Below, in pieces: positions 18,596 through 28,484 of a stretch of 64,000 bases of DNA. The notes under the pieces were generated by a model. That model did not search any database and was not told the origin of the DNA. It saw only the letters and a list, made by a program, of their open reading frames with translations. Source of the DNA: an uncultured Actinomycetes bacterium (GTDB taxonomy: Bacteria > Actinomycetota > Thermoleophilia > UBA2241). The position numbers were made by a program, and so were the translations under genes. Numbering within the stretch: the first letter of the stretch is position 1; each line of letters opens with the position of its first letter. The stretch lies in assembly GCA_963767005.1 (NCBI GenBank), contig CAVYCN010000004.1, forward strand, positions 288,001-352,000, in the 5' to 3' direction.

Positions 18596-19465
18596 ATGAA
18601 GCGGCGCAACGTGGCCGGCCGGAGGCTCACGAACAGGCTTGTCACGACCGGTGCCTGGGTCGCGGCGACGATCGGCATCTTCGTGATGGCCTGGATCGTC
18701 TACACGGTCGTCAGGCGCGGCATCGGCGCCTGGAACCTGGACTTCTTCACGAAGACGCCGCCGCAGGGTCAATGGTTGTCGGGCCACGGCATCGCGAACT
18801 GCATCGTCGGCACCATCCTCATCACTGGCGGTGCGGCTATCGTCGGCCTGCCGCTCGGCTTCTTCGGCGCGATCTACCTGTCGGAGTTCGGTCGCACGGG
18901 GCGCATCGCCACGGTGATCCGCGCCATCACCAACATCGTGCTCGGCGTGCCCTCGATCATCGCCGGCCTGTTTGCCTACGGCCTGATCGTGGTGACCCAG
19001 CACCACTACTCGGGCTTCGCCGGGTCGTTCGCCCTCATGTTCATCATGCTGCCGGTCATGACGCGCACGGCCGAGGACATTCTGAACCTGGTGCCCAACG
19101 AGCTCCGCGAGTCGGCCCTCGCCATGGGCGTGCCCCGCTGGCGCGCGACGCTCGGCGTGGTCGTCAAGGCCGCGCGCGGCGGCCTGATCACCGGCGGTAT
19201 TCTCGCCGTAGTGCGCGTCGCCGGCGAGACCGCGCCCCTGCTGTTCACCGCCCTCAGCAGCCCCTACTGGGTCACGGCGCGCGGGTCGTCGAGCTACTTC
19301 GGCGGCCCGACGGCGAACCTCACGAAGTTCATCTGGGACTACTCCAACGACCCGGATCCCCGCATGGTGCAGATGGCCTGGGGCGCGGCGCTGCTGATCA
19401 TCGTCGCCGTGCTCGGCGCCAACGTCCTGACAAGGCTTCTCTTTCAGCGAGGCAAGGAATGGTAG
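18596..19465 (+). CDS. pstA: Phosphate ABC transporter permease PstA (true start may be 18561)
   Basis: [23 protein letters not shown] and [12 protein letters not shown]. Confidence 0.93.
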   Translation: MKRRNVAGRRLTNRLVTTGAWVAATIGIFVMAWIVYTVVRRGIGAWNLDFFTKTPPQGQWLSGHGIANCIVGTILITGGAAIVGLPLGFFGAIYLSEFGRTGRIATVIRAITNIVLGVPSIIAGLFAYGLIVVTQHHYSGFAGSFALMFIMLPVMTRTAEDILNLVPNELRESALAMGVPRWRATLGVVVKAARGGLITGGILAVVRVAGETAPLLFTALSSPYWVTARGSSSYFGGPTANLTKFIWDYSNDPDPRMVQMAWGAALLIIVAVLGANVLTRLLFQRGKEW

Positions 19466-19470
19466 AGCTC

Positions 19471-20334
19471 ATGGACACGACCGAACCAGGCGCGCCGCCC
19501 CCGGTCGCCAGGCCGTTGCCGCCGCGGCTCGAAGTGACCACCCAGGGCGGCGGTCACGAGGCGGCCGAGTTCGACGCGTTGCCCAGCAAGCTGTCGGTGC
19601 GCGGCCTGAACTTCTTCTACGGCAAGGAGCAGGCGCTCTTCGGTAACGACCTCGACGTCAAGGAGCACCGCGTCACCGCGATCATCGGCCCGTCCGGCTG
19701 CGGCAAGTCGACTCACCTGCGCTGCTACAACCGCATCTACGAGCTCTACCGGGACCAGAAGGCCTCGGGCGAGATCGTGCTCGACGGTGAGAACATCCTG
19801 GCGTCGGGCACCGACCTGCTCGGCCTGCGTCGGCGCGTGGGCATGATCTTCCAGAAGCCGAGCCCGTTCCCCATGACCGTGTTCGACAACGTCGCTTACG
19901 GTCTGCGCATGCACTTCAAGCTGTCGCGGTCGGAGCTCGCCGAGCGCGTCGAGGACGCCCTCAAGCGCGGCGCCCTGTGGGACGAGGTCAAGCACAAGTT
20001 GAACGAGCCCGGCCTCGCCCTGTCCGGTGGTCAGCAGCAGCGCCTCTGCATCGCGCGCGCGATCGCCGCCGAGCCCGAGCTCATCCTCATGGACGAGCCC
20101 TGTTCGGCGATCGACCCGGTCGCCACGGGCAAGATCGAGGAGCTCGTCCAGGAGCTCAAGTCGTCGTACACGATCGCTCTGGTCACCCACAACATGCAGC
20201 AGGCCGCCCGCGTGTCCGACTACACGGCCTTCTTCTTCGAGGGCCGCATCATCGAGTTCGGCGCCACGACGCAGATCTTCGAGAACCCACTTCAGAAGCA
20301 GACAGAGGAATACATCACCGGCCGCTTCGGCTGA
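19471..20334 (+). CDS. pstB: Phosphate ABC transporter ATPase PstB
   Basis: [32 protein letters not shown] and EEYITGRFG. Confidence 0.97.
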   Translation: MDTTEPGAPPPVARPLPPRLEVTTQGGGHEAAEFDALPSKLSVRGLNFFYGKEQALFGNDLDVKEHRVTAIIGPSGCGKSTHLRCYNRIYELYRDQKASGEIVLDGENILASGTDLLGLRRRVGMIFQKPSPFPMTVFDNVAYGLRMHFKLSRSELAERVEDALKRGALWDEVKHKLNEPGLALSGGQQQRLCIARAIAAEPELILMDEPCSAIDPVATGKIEELVQELKSSYTIALVTHNMQQAARVSDYTAFFFEGRIIEFGATTQIFENPLQKQTEEYITGRFG

Positions 20335-20347
20335 TCCAGGGGAGTCC

Positions 20348-21067
20348 ATGGCGACACAGCTACAGCGCGAGATCGGCAACCTGAAGAAGAGCATCCTCAC
20401 CCTGAGCGCCCTCGTCGAGGACAATCTGCGGCGCGCCTTCGAGGCCACCGAGCGCCGCGACGAGGCCCTCGCCACCGAGGCCATCGAGCGCGACTTCCCG
20501 ATCGACGTCATGGAGGTCGACGTCGAGGAGGACTGCCTCAAGGCGCTGGCCCTCTACCAGCCGGTGGCCGGCGACCTGCGTTTCATCGTCACCACCATCA
20601 AGATCAACACCACGCTCGAGCGCGTCGGCGACCTCGCCGTGAACATCGCCGAGCGCGCCCGGGAGCTGGCCGGCCTCGATCAGCCGGTCATGGCCTTCGA
20701 CATGACCGGCATGGCGGGCAAGGCGCAGCGCATGGTGGCAAGCGCCCTCGACGCGCTGGTGCGCTCCGACGCGGGCCTGGCGCGCGCCGTCCTGTTGGCC
20801 GACGACGAGGTCGACGACCTCGACCGCGAGATGACCGCCCGGCTGCACGAGGTCGTGCGCGAGCACCCCGAGTGGTTCGAGCCGGTCATGCAGCTTCTGC
20901 AGATCTCACGCTTCATCGAGCGCGTGGCCGACCACGCGACGAGCATCGCCGAAGACGTCATCTACATGGTCGAAGGCGAGATCCCGCGTCACTCGGTCAA
21001 GCGCGCCGTGGCCGAGGCGATGGGCTTCAACGGCACGACGACGCCGCCGAGCTCCCGGCTGGGCTGA
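20348..21067 (+). CDS. phoU: Phosphate signalling complex protein PhoU
   Basis: QPVAGDLR, LERVGDLAVNIA and IERVADHATSIAEDVIYMVEG. Confidence 0.95.
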   Translation: MATQLQREIGNLKKSILTLSALVEDNLRRAFEATERRDEALATEAIERDFPIDVMEVDVEEDCLKALALYQPVAGDLRFIVTTIKINTTLERVGDLAVNIAERARELAGLDQPVMAFDMTGMAGKAQRMVASALDALVRSDAGLARAVLLADDEVDDLDREMTARLHEVVREHPEWFEPVMQLLQISRFIERVADHATSIAEDVIYMVEGEIPRHSVKRAVAEAMGFNGTTTPPSSRLG

Positions 21068-21078
21068 CGAAGCTGCCG

Positions 21079-22872
21079 CTAGCTCGCGGTGACGGTCGCG
21101 GGCGAACTTGCGCCGGCCGCGTACTTGCTCGAGGCGGGCACCGAGATGCGCAGCGAGGTGGTGCCGGCCACGGCCGTCCAGCCCACGCTGTAGGAGCCGT
21201 CGCTGCCGACGGTGACCGCGACCGCGTTCGTCCAGCTCGTGGCGCCCTCCGCCTTGGTCTGCAGCCAGACGGTGCCGGCCGCGGCCACGGGCAGCACCGT
21301 CCCCGTGAACGTGACCGGGGCGCCTGTGGCGACGGTCGTGCTCGTGGGGGCGATCGTCACTGCCGGCTTGACGCGGATCGTGACGATCGCCGACGTCACG
21401 GTGTGGGCCATGGGCGTGGCGGCCGAGAAGTAGTAGCGCGTGGTGCAGGCCGGCGCGAGCTTGACCGAGAAGGTGCTGTCCTTGACCACATAGCCGTCGA
21501 CCGTGGCCGTCGCCACCTTGCCTTTGAGCGAGCTGGTCTTCCACGAGCCCCCTGCCGGCTGCTGGTGCAGCGTGGCGGTCTTGCCGGTGGCGAGCGCCGG
21601 GTACAGCCGTCCGCCCAGGGTGACCTTCGTGCCGTAGGTGACGACCCCGCTCGGCGGCGTGATGGCGAGCGACGTGAAGTAGGCCCATGTGTCGCGCAGA
21701 CCGAGGTCGGCACGTATGGTGGCGCCGTCGGTGAGCTGCCAGCCGCCGTCGCCGATCAGGAGCGCCTTGACGATGCGCGGCGAGGTGCCGCGCTTGACGA
21801 CGTAGACGGCGCGCAGCGGACCCTTGGTGAAGCCCAGCGCCGCCGCGATCGAGGCCGGCGTGCGCTTGATCGGGTTGTCCGGCCACTTGTCGTAGGGCGA
21901 GGTGGAGTCGTAGGGGTCGGGCACGCCGACGAGGTAGGGATACGACGACTGCGACACGCTGGTCCAGACGTTCGAGATGCTCTCGGTGTGTCCGCCCGAG
22001 GTCGAGAAGAAGAAGGCCATGATCGGCGTGCCCTTGTACTTGGGGACGATGCCGGCGGTGGCGGTCACGGCTTTGGTCGAGCTCGCCGCCTCGCCGTCGG
22101 CGCCGCCGTACACCTGGCTTGCCGTCGTGCAGTACACGTCGTACAGGCCCGAGCCGCCGGTCGAGCGGAAGGCGTAGGAGCGGGCCGCCACTGCCTGGGC
22201 CTCGAGCGCCGCGAGCGGCCACGACGCCGGCGACTCGCGCGGCACCACGCCACGCAGGTACGACTCGAGCGGCAGCTTGTTGACGATGGCGAGGCCGGAG
22301 GTGGTGCGCACGACGCGCAGCGTGCCGCGGTAGTGGCCCACGTAGCCGTTGTCGTTGGCGGTGAGCAGCCTGAGGCGCGACGAGCCCGGCTTGAAGGTGA
22401 TCGGGCCCCCCGCCGTCCAGGTCTTCGTGCCGGCCTTCAGACGGTAGGCGCTGCCGGTCCAGGTCACGGTCGCCGTGACGCCGGCGCCCAGCGTGATCGT
22501 CGTCGACCCCCAGCTCGCCTTGAACTTGGTGGCGTCGGTCACGACGGCCGACGCGGCGTCGTCGCGCAGCAGGACGCGGATCGGCACGTTGGCGACCTTG
22601 CCGAGAGTCACCCCGGTGTAGTAGTGCCTGATGATGTTGCCGTACGACCAGCCGTGCAGCGCGTAGCCGTAGGCGCCGTACTGGGACAGGCCGATGCCGT
22701 GACCCCAGCCGCGCCCCTCGATCGTCATGGTCGTCGTCGTGGTGCCGAAGGCCGGCGCGCAGAAGGTGAGGCCGGCGGCAAGCGCGCAGAGCGCGCCGAG
22801 GACCATCGCCAGCGGGCGGCGGCCGGCGGGGCGGAGAGATGTGGGAAGAGGCGCTTTCATCGATGTCGCCAT
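21079..22872 (-). CDS. SpoIID/LytB-domain secreted cell-wall hydrolase with C-terminal Ig-like domains
   Basis: GRGWGHGIGLSQYGA, LESYLRGVVPRE.P.SW..AALEAQAVAARSYA and FFSTSGGHT. Confidence 0.9.
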   Translation of the reverse strand: MATSMKAPLPTSLRPAGRRPLAMVLGALCALAAGLTFCAPAFGTTTTTMTIEGRGWGHGIGLSQYGAYGYALHGWSYGNIIRHYYTGVTLGKVANVPIRVLLRDDAASAVVTDATKFKASWGSTTITLGAGVTATVTWTGSAYRLKAGTKTWTAGGPITFKPGSSRLRLLTANDNGYVGHYRGTLRVVRTTSGLAIVNKLPLESYLRGVVPRESPASWPLAALEAQAVAARSYAFRSTGGSGLYDVYCTTASQVYGGADGEAASSTKAVTATAGIVPKYKGTPIMAFFFSTSGGHTESISNVWTSVSQSSYPYLVGVPDPYDSTSPYDKWPDNPIKRTPASIAAALGFTKGPLRAVYVVKRGTSPRIVKALLIGDGGWQLTDGATIRADLGLRDTWAYFTSLAITPPSGVVTYGTKVTLGGRLYPALATGKTATLHQQPAGGSWKTSSLKGKVATATVDGYVVKDSTFSVKLAPACTTRYYFSAATPMAHTVTSAIVTIRVKPAVTIAPTSTTVATGAPVTFTGTVLPVAAAGTVWLQTKAEGATSWTNAVAVTVGSDGSYSVGWTAVAGTTSLRISVPASSKYAAGASSPATVTAS

Positions 22873-23186
22873 GGAGCGGGCCTCCTGATGCTACGACCGA
22901 CCGTCGCCTACGGCAAACGGTGCGGCCGATCGCTCGTCGCTTCTCAGTTTCGGCTGTCGGCAGTAGCTTCCTCTCTGATGACGTTCCGGGACCTGCGAGC
23001 CTAGCGCAGGTGTCGACTGCCGCGGCAACGGCCGCTGCGTCCGCATGTGGCAAGGTGCCCCGATCCCGCCGCCGCCGTTTTGTGTTGACAAGACGGACAA
23101 CAGCGGCGCCGTCACGAGTGGGCCCGCAGGCCGCGACACCCGGGGCGGGCTCAAGGCCCCCGGTGTTCGGCCGACACAAGGAGGGC

Positions 23187-24443
23187 ATGGAGCGCAGGCC
23201 GACACGAACCCCCTCCCCCCGCCGCCGTCACCGGCGCGCGCTCGGCGCTCTCGCGACGCTGACCTGCGCCGTCGCCGGCCTGCTCGTCGCGGCCAGCCCG
23301 GCCCTCGCCAAGACCTACAAGGACGTGCCCAAGACGTTCTGGGACCGCGGCGACATCACCTGGGTCACGAACCAGGGGCCGGCTACGGCGCGCGCGCTGG
23401 ACGACGTGGGCGGCGGCCTCTTCAGGCCCGGCCGGGCGGTCACGCGCGAGCAGTTCGCGCGCGCCCTCGTCACGGTCGCCGGCCTCGAGAACGAGCAGGT
23501 GACGGCGGTCCCGATCGCCGACATGACGAGCTCCGACCCGTACTACGCGAGCGTCGAGATCGCGCTGCACCTGGGCCTTATGTCGCAGTTCAAGGACGGC
23601 TTCCACCCCACGCAGGCGATGCTCTCGTGGCAGGCCGACGGGGCCGTGGTGCGGCTGCTGAGGGCGCTCGATCCGGGCGCGGACTGGAGCATGCTCACCG
23701 CGCTCAACCCGAGCAAGTGGCAGCCGAACCCCGGCTGGAAGACCGGCGCCCCGCGCTACCTGCCGACCGAGGTCGCCGCGCGGTACCTGGGCCTGCGCTT
23801 CAATCACCTGTCGACGAGCGACGCGCTCGAGGAGTCCCCGACCGACCCGATGACCCGCGCCGAGGCGGCCTACGTGCTGTACCACGCGCGTCACCTGTCG
23901 TCGTGGGCCATCGCCGGCCTCGCCGAGTACGACAAGGTCACGCTGCCGGCGCTGACCGACCGCGAGAAGCAGGTCGTGGCCTTCGCGCTCAGGTACATCG
24001 GGTATCCGTACGTCTGGGGCGGCGAATACCCGACGAAGGACTCGCCCTACGGCAAGCAGGCCCACGGCGGCTTCGACTGCTCGGGCTTCGACTGGTGGGT
24101 CATGAAGATCCACTTCGGCTACACGATAAGCGAACGCACCGCCGCCGGCATGGCCGGCGGCGCCAAGCCACGGATCACCTACGCCAAGCTCAAGCCGGGC
24201 GACCTCATCTTCTTCGGCCCGAAGGGTTCCAAGTCGACCGTCACGTCGATCTACCATGCCGCGCTCTACCTGGGCGACGGCTGGTTCATCCAGTCGACGG
24301 GCTCGCTCGACGGCGTCAGCATCTCGTCGCTCACGGCGGACTCCTACTGGAAGACGGCCTTCGCCTGGGGGCGCCGCGTGCTCAAGAAGAGCGAGATCAC
24401 CCCCCCGCCGTCACCGTCGCCCTCGCCTTCGCCCTCGTCGTAG
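23187..24443 (+). CDS. NlpC/P60 cell-wall peptidase with N-terminal SLH-like repeats
   Basis: YPYVWGG...GFDCSG...LKPGDLIFF...HAALY; FRPGRAVTREQFA and MTRAEAA SLH-like motifs; signal peptide. Confidence 0.88.
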   Translation: MERRPTRTPSPRRRHRRALGALATLTCAVAGLLVAASPALAKTYKDVPKTFWDRGDITWVTNQGPATARALDDVGGGLFRPGRAVTREQFARALVTVAGLENEQVTAVPIADMTSSDPYYASVEIALHLGLMSQFKDGFHPTQAMLSWQADGAVVRLLRALDPGADWSMLTALNPSKWQPNPGWKTGAPRYLPTEVAARYLGLRFNHLSTSDALEESPTDPMTRAEAAYVLYHARHLSSWAIAGLAEYDKVTLPALTDREKQVVAFALRYIGYPYVWGGEYPTKDSPYGKQAHGGFDCSGFDWWVMKIHFGYTISERTAAGMAGGAKPRITYAKLKPGDLIFFGPKGSKSTVTSIYHAALYLGDGWFIQSTGSLDGVSISSLTADSYWKTAFAWGRRVLKKSEITPPPSPSPSPSPSS

Positions 24444-24493
24444 GAGATGCGCGACGGCGCCGCGCGCCGTCGTGACCGGGCGCGTCGGGCGCC

Positions 24494-25528
24494 TCACGCT
24501 GTCGTGCCCGTGCCCCCCGGATCGGGCGCCGCGAGCGCCCCGTACTGCCGCGCGTAGTAGCGCTGCCACTCGCCCGACTTGATCTTCTCCCACCAGGCGC
24601 GGTGCTCGCGATACCAGGCGACCGTGCGGGCCAGGCCGTCCTCGTAGGAGACCTGGGGCGCCCAGCCCAGGGCGCGCAGCTTGGCGCAGTCGACCGAGTA
24701 GCGGCGGTCGTGACCGGCGCGGTCTGAGACCCAGCGGATCATCTCGTCGCCCCGGCCGGTGGCGGCGAGGAGGGCTCGCGTGAGATCGATGTTGGCGACC
24801 TCGCATCCGCCGCCGACGTTGTAGATCTCGCCGTCGGTGCCCTGCCGCAGCACGAGGTCGAGGGCGCGACAGTTGTCTGAGACGTAGATCCAGTCGCGCA
24901 CATTTGCCCCGTCGCCGTAGACGGGCACCGGACGTGAGTCGAGCAGGTTGGTGACAAAGAGCGGTACGATCTTCTCGGGGTACTGGTAGGGACCGTAGTT
25001 GTTCGAGCTGCGCGTGATCAGCACCGGGGAGCCGAAGGTGCGCCGGTAGGCGAGCACCATGAGGTCGGCGGCGGCCTTGCTGGCCGAGTAGGGGCTCGAG
25101 GGTCGCAGCGGGTCGGTCTCGCGCGATGAGCCCGTGGCGATGTCGCCGTAGACCTCGTCGGTCGAGACCTGCAGGTAGCGCGCCGTGCCACAGGCGCGCA
25201 CCGCCTCGAGCAGCACGTGGGTGCCGAGCACGTCGGTGCGGATGAAGTCCTCGGGCCCCGTGATGGAGCGGTCGACGTGCGTCTCGGCCGCGAAGTTGAC
25301 CACGGCGTCGGCCCCGACCAGGACACCGGCCACCGCCCCGGCGTCGCAGATGTCGCCCTGGACGAAGGCGTAGCGGGGGTCGGCCTCGAGGTCGCGCAGG
25401 TTGTCGAGGTTGCCGGCGTAGGTGAGCTTGTCGAAGACGACGACCTCGTCGGCCGGGTGCGCCGCCAGCAGGTGGCGCACGAAGTTCGCGCCGATGAAGC
25501 CGGCTCCGCCGGTGACCACGATCCTCAT
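24494..25528 (-). CDS. rfbB: dTDP-glucose 4,6-dehydratase
   Basis: VTGGAGFIG, AAETHVDRS, STDEVYG and PYSASK. Confidence 0.96.
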   Translation of the reverse strand: MRIVVTGGAGFIGANFVRHLLAAHPADEVVVFDKLTYAGNLDNLRDLEADPRYAFVQGDICDAGAVAGVLVGADAVVNFAAETHVDRSITGPEDFIRTDVLGTHVLLEAVRACGTARYLQVSTDEVYGDIATGSSRETDPLRPSSPYSASKAAADLMVLAYRRTFGSPVLITRSSNNYGPYQYPEKIVPLFVTNLLDSRPVPVYGDGANVRDWIYVSDNCRALDLVLRQGTDGEIYNVGGGCEVANIDLTRALLAATGRGDEMIRWVSDRAGHDRRYSVDCAKLRALGWAPQVSYEDGLARTVAWYREHRAWWEKIKSGEWQRYYARQYGALAAPDPGGTGTTA

Positions 25529-25550
25529 GCGCGACCTCCCTTGCCCCGTC

Positions 25551-26411
25551 TCAGGGTGCCTCGAGCAACTCGTCCATGACGGCCGCGACGCCGTCCTCCC
25601 AGCAGGGCGGCTGCGGCAGGCCGCGCTCGCTGGCGAGCGCGCTGAAGGCCGGCCGCGGCGCCGGCCGGCCGGACTGCGCAGTGGTGATCGGCTCGACCGA
25701 CACCCGCAGCCCGGCGAGGGCGACGATCTCGCGAGCGAGCTCGCACCAGCTGCAGACCCCGCCGCCGGCCATGTGGTAGATGCCGGGCGGCAGGCCGGCG
25801 TCGAGCGCCGCCGCGACGGTGGCGGCGAGGTGGCCCGCGTAGGTCGGCGAGCCGACCTGGTCGTCGACGACGCGCAGCGGCTCGCGTGAGCCGGTCGCCA
25901 CCCGCTCGCGGGCGAGCGCCAGGATCGTCGTCACGAAGTTGCGGCCGATCGCCGAGAACAGCCAGGCGGTGCGTACAACCGTGCCGTGCACCCAGGACAG
26001 GGTCTCGTGCTCCTGGGCGAGCTTGGTGCGGCCGTAGGCGTTCAGTGGGTGGGGCTCGTCGTGCTCGACGTACGGTGCGCCCTTGACGCCGTCGAAGACG
26101 TAGTCGGTCGAGAACGAGACGAGCTGCGTGTGCGTGCCGCGCAGGGCGGCGGCCAGATGGCGCGTCCCCCCCGCGTTCACGGCCAGGGCGGTCGCCTCGT
26201 CGCGCTCGGCGCCGTCGACGTCGGTATAGGCCGCGGTGTGGAGCACGACGTCGGGGGCAAAGGCGCGCACGGCGGCCGCGACCGCCGGCCCGTCGCGCAG
26301 GTCGAGGGCCTCTTCGCGGGCCACGAAGACCTCGCCGTCGAGCACGTCGACGAGCGCGCTCGCGAGCTGCCCGCCGCCGCCCGTCACCAGGTAGCGCCGC
26401 AGGCCGCTCAT
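25551..26411 (-). CDS. rfbD: dTDP-4-dehydrorhamnose reductase
   Basis: VTGGGGQL, STDYVFDG, YGRTKL and DDQVGSPT. Confidence 0.95.
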   Translation of the reverse strand: MSGLRRYLVTGGGGQLASALVDVLDGEVFVAREEALDLRDGPAVAAAVRAFAPDVVLHTAAYTDVDGAERDEATALAVNAGGTRHLAAALRGTHTQLVSFSTDYVFDGVKGAPYVEHDEPHPLNAYGRTKLAQEHETLSWVHGTVVRTAWLFSAIGRNFVTTILALARERVATGSREPLRVVDDQVGSPTYAGHLAATVAAALDAGLPPGIYHMAGGGVCSWCELAREIVALAGLRVSVEPITTAQSGRPAPRPAFSALASERGLPQPPCWEDGVAAVMDELLEAP

Positions 26412-26465
26412 GTGCCGTCGGGCGCCGCCGCCGGGCGAGGCGCCGCGCGCCGCCCGCGGCCGCGC

Positions 26466-26921
26466 CTAGCGCGGCCGGATGTCCCAGTCATAAGGGATGA
26501 GGTCGGTGTCGGCCGGCAGCTCGTCCTGGTCGGGGTCGTCGTAGCGGTACAGCTCGGTGGGCGCGTTCACGATGTAGGCCTCGTCGGGGCTCACGCACTT
26601 CCAGCCGTGCTGGACCTCGGGCGGCACGCGCACGAGCAGCGGGTTGTGCTCGCCGATGAAGAGCTCGTCGATCTCGCCCTTCGTGGCGGAGCCCTCGCGG
26701 CCGTCGTACAGCACGAGCTTGATCATGCCCTTCACACACACGATGTTGTCGTACTGGAGGTGGTGCAGGTGCCAGCCCTTCACCACGCCGGGCAGCGTCG
26801 TCGTCATGTAGAGCTGGCCGAACTTGAGGAACAGGTCGTCGTCGCAGCGCAGGCACTCCATGAGCCGGCCGCGCTCGTCGGGGATCACCCGCAGCTTCTT
26901 GTGCATGACGCCGTCGATCAT
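26466..26921 (-). CDS. rfbC: dTDP-4-dehydrorhamnose 3,5-epimerase family protein
   Basis: DERG, PGVVKGWHLH and R.GSAT; position within rml cluster. Confidence 0.9.
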   Translation of the reverse strand: MIDGVMHKKLRVIPDERGRLMECLRCDDDLFLKFGQLYMTTTLPGVVKGWHLHHLQYDNIVCVKGMIKLVLYDGREGSATKGEIDELFIGEHNPLLVRVPPEVQHGWKCVSPDEAYIVNAPTELYRYDDPDQDELPADTDLIPYDWDIRPR

Positions 26922-26967
26922 CAGGGCCCCCTCGCGGCCGCTTCTCGCCGGCCGCTTGCGCCGTTGC

Positions 26968-28029
26968 TCAGACCACGCCGATGCGGCTCGAGTCGCCGAC
27001 CATGAAGCGGTAGGCGAGCGGGCGGCCGTCCGAGTGGCAGATGGTCACGTCGTTGCCGATCAGGCTGTCGCACAGCCGCGCCTTTAGGCCGCGGATCTGG
27101 CTGCCTGCCAGGATGATGGAGTGCTCGACCTCGGCGTGGTCGATCGTGACGCCGTGGTAGATCGCCGTGTAGGGGCCGATGAAGGCGTCGGAGAGCATGC
27201 AGCCCGTGCCGATTGTGACCGGGCCGCGCACGGTGCAGCGCAGCAGGTGGCTGCCGGCCTCGATCGCCACCGGCCCCTCGATCAGACAGTCGATCGTCTC
27301 GCCTTGCACGTCGCGCTCGAGGCCGCCCAGGATGAGACGGTTGGCCTCGAGCATGTCCTCGAGCTTGCCGGTGTCCTTCCACCAGCCGGTCACGATCTGG
27401 GGCTCCACGCGCAGGCCGCGGTCGACCATGTGCTGGATCGCGTCGGTGATCTCGAGCTCGCCGCGAGCCGACGGGCGGATGGCCTTGACGCTGGCGAAGA
27501 CCGCCGGCGTGAACAGGTAGACGCCGACCAGGGCGAGGTCGCTCCTGGGCTCGGCCGGCTTTTCGACCAGGCGCACGACCGCCCCGCCCGTGATCTCGGC
27601 CACCCCGTAGGCCTGCGGGTCGGGGACGTGCTGGAGCAGGATCATGGCGTCGGGTGCGTCGGCGTCGAAGCGCTCGACGAACGGCACGATGCCGTCCTTG
27701 AGCAGGTTGTCGCCCAGGTACATGACGAAGGGCTCGCCGGCGAGGTAGTCCTCGGCGATCAGGACGGCGTGGGCGAGGCCGAGCGGAGCCTCCTGGCGCA
27801 GGTAGGTGACCTGCAGGCCGAAGCGGGAGCCGTCGCCGACCGCGGCTTCGACCTCGGCCTGCGTGTCGCCGACGACGATGCCGACCTCGTCGATGCCGGC
27901 CTGGCGCACTGCCTCGAGGCCGTAGAAGAGGATCGGCTTGTTGGCCACCGGTACGAGCTGCTTGGCCGAGGTGTGGGTGATCGGCCGCAGCCGGGTGCCG
28001 GCGCCGCCGCACAAGATGAGCCCCTTCAC
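26968..28029 (-). CDS. rfbA: Glucose-1-phosphate thymidylyltransferase (long form)
   Basis: GGAGTRLRPIT..AKQLVPVANKP, PSARGELEITD and WWKDTG. Confidence 0.95.
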   Translation of the reverse strand: MKGLILCGGAGTRLRPITHTSAKQLVPVANKPILFYGLEAVRQAGIDEVGIVVGDTQAEVEAAVGDGSRFGLQVTYLRQEAPLGLAHAVLIAEDYLAGEPFVMYLGDNLLKDGIVPFVERFDADAPDAMILLQHVPDPQAYGVAEITGGAVVRLVEKPAEPRSDLALVGVYLFTPAVFASVKAIRPSARGELEITDAIQHMVDRGLRVEPQIVTGWWKDTGKLEDMLEANRLILGGLERDVQGETIDCLIEGPVAIEAGSHLLRCTVRGPVTIGTGCMLSDAFIGPYTAIYHGVTIDHAEVEHSIILAGSQIRGLKARLCDSLIGNDVTICHSDGRPLAYRFMVGDSSRIGVV

Positions 28030-28056
28030 GACGCGAGCGCGCCGCGGCTGGCGGCG

Positions 28057-28344
28057 CTAGATGGACTCATAGTCGTCGAGCTCGTCGTCGGTCTCGGTCG
28101 AGATGAGATCGAGGACGTCGTGCTCGTCGACCGCCTTGCCCATGAAGACGACGCTCGTCTTGTCGAGCGGACCGACCCAGAGGGTGACGCGGTCGCCCGG
28201 CGTGAACGTGACCGGCCGGCCGTCGCGCAGCACGTTGGTGAGCGTGGAGTGCTCGACGTCGCGCGCGACCTCGGCCGAGTCGATCGGCATGGGATCGGCG
28301 TCGTTCACCTGCAGGCGGGGCTGCCGCTGTGCGTCGATGTTCAC
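28057..28344 (-). CDS. Hypothetical small protein with acidic C-terminus (probably leaderless)
   Basis: Typical GC3 codon bias; TATACT -10 lies 7 bp upstream of the GTG start. Confidence 0.7.
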   Translation of the reverse strand: MNIDAQRQPRLQVNDADPMPIDSAEVARDVEHSTLTNVLRDGRPVTFTPGDRVTLWVGPLDKTSVVFMGKAVDEHDVLDLISTETDDELDDYESI

Positions 28345-28484
28345 GGCGAGGAGTATATCAGGGCCGTCGATGCACTCCGCCGCCGCCGGCCGCGAGTGGC
28401 TTGAAGTGGCGTCGGCGAGAAGGTTGAATGTGCCGGGGAGGACGCCGCGTCAGGCGCGCGTCTCACGCACAAGGGGGGACGTCG

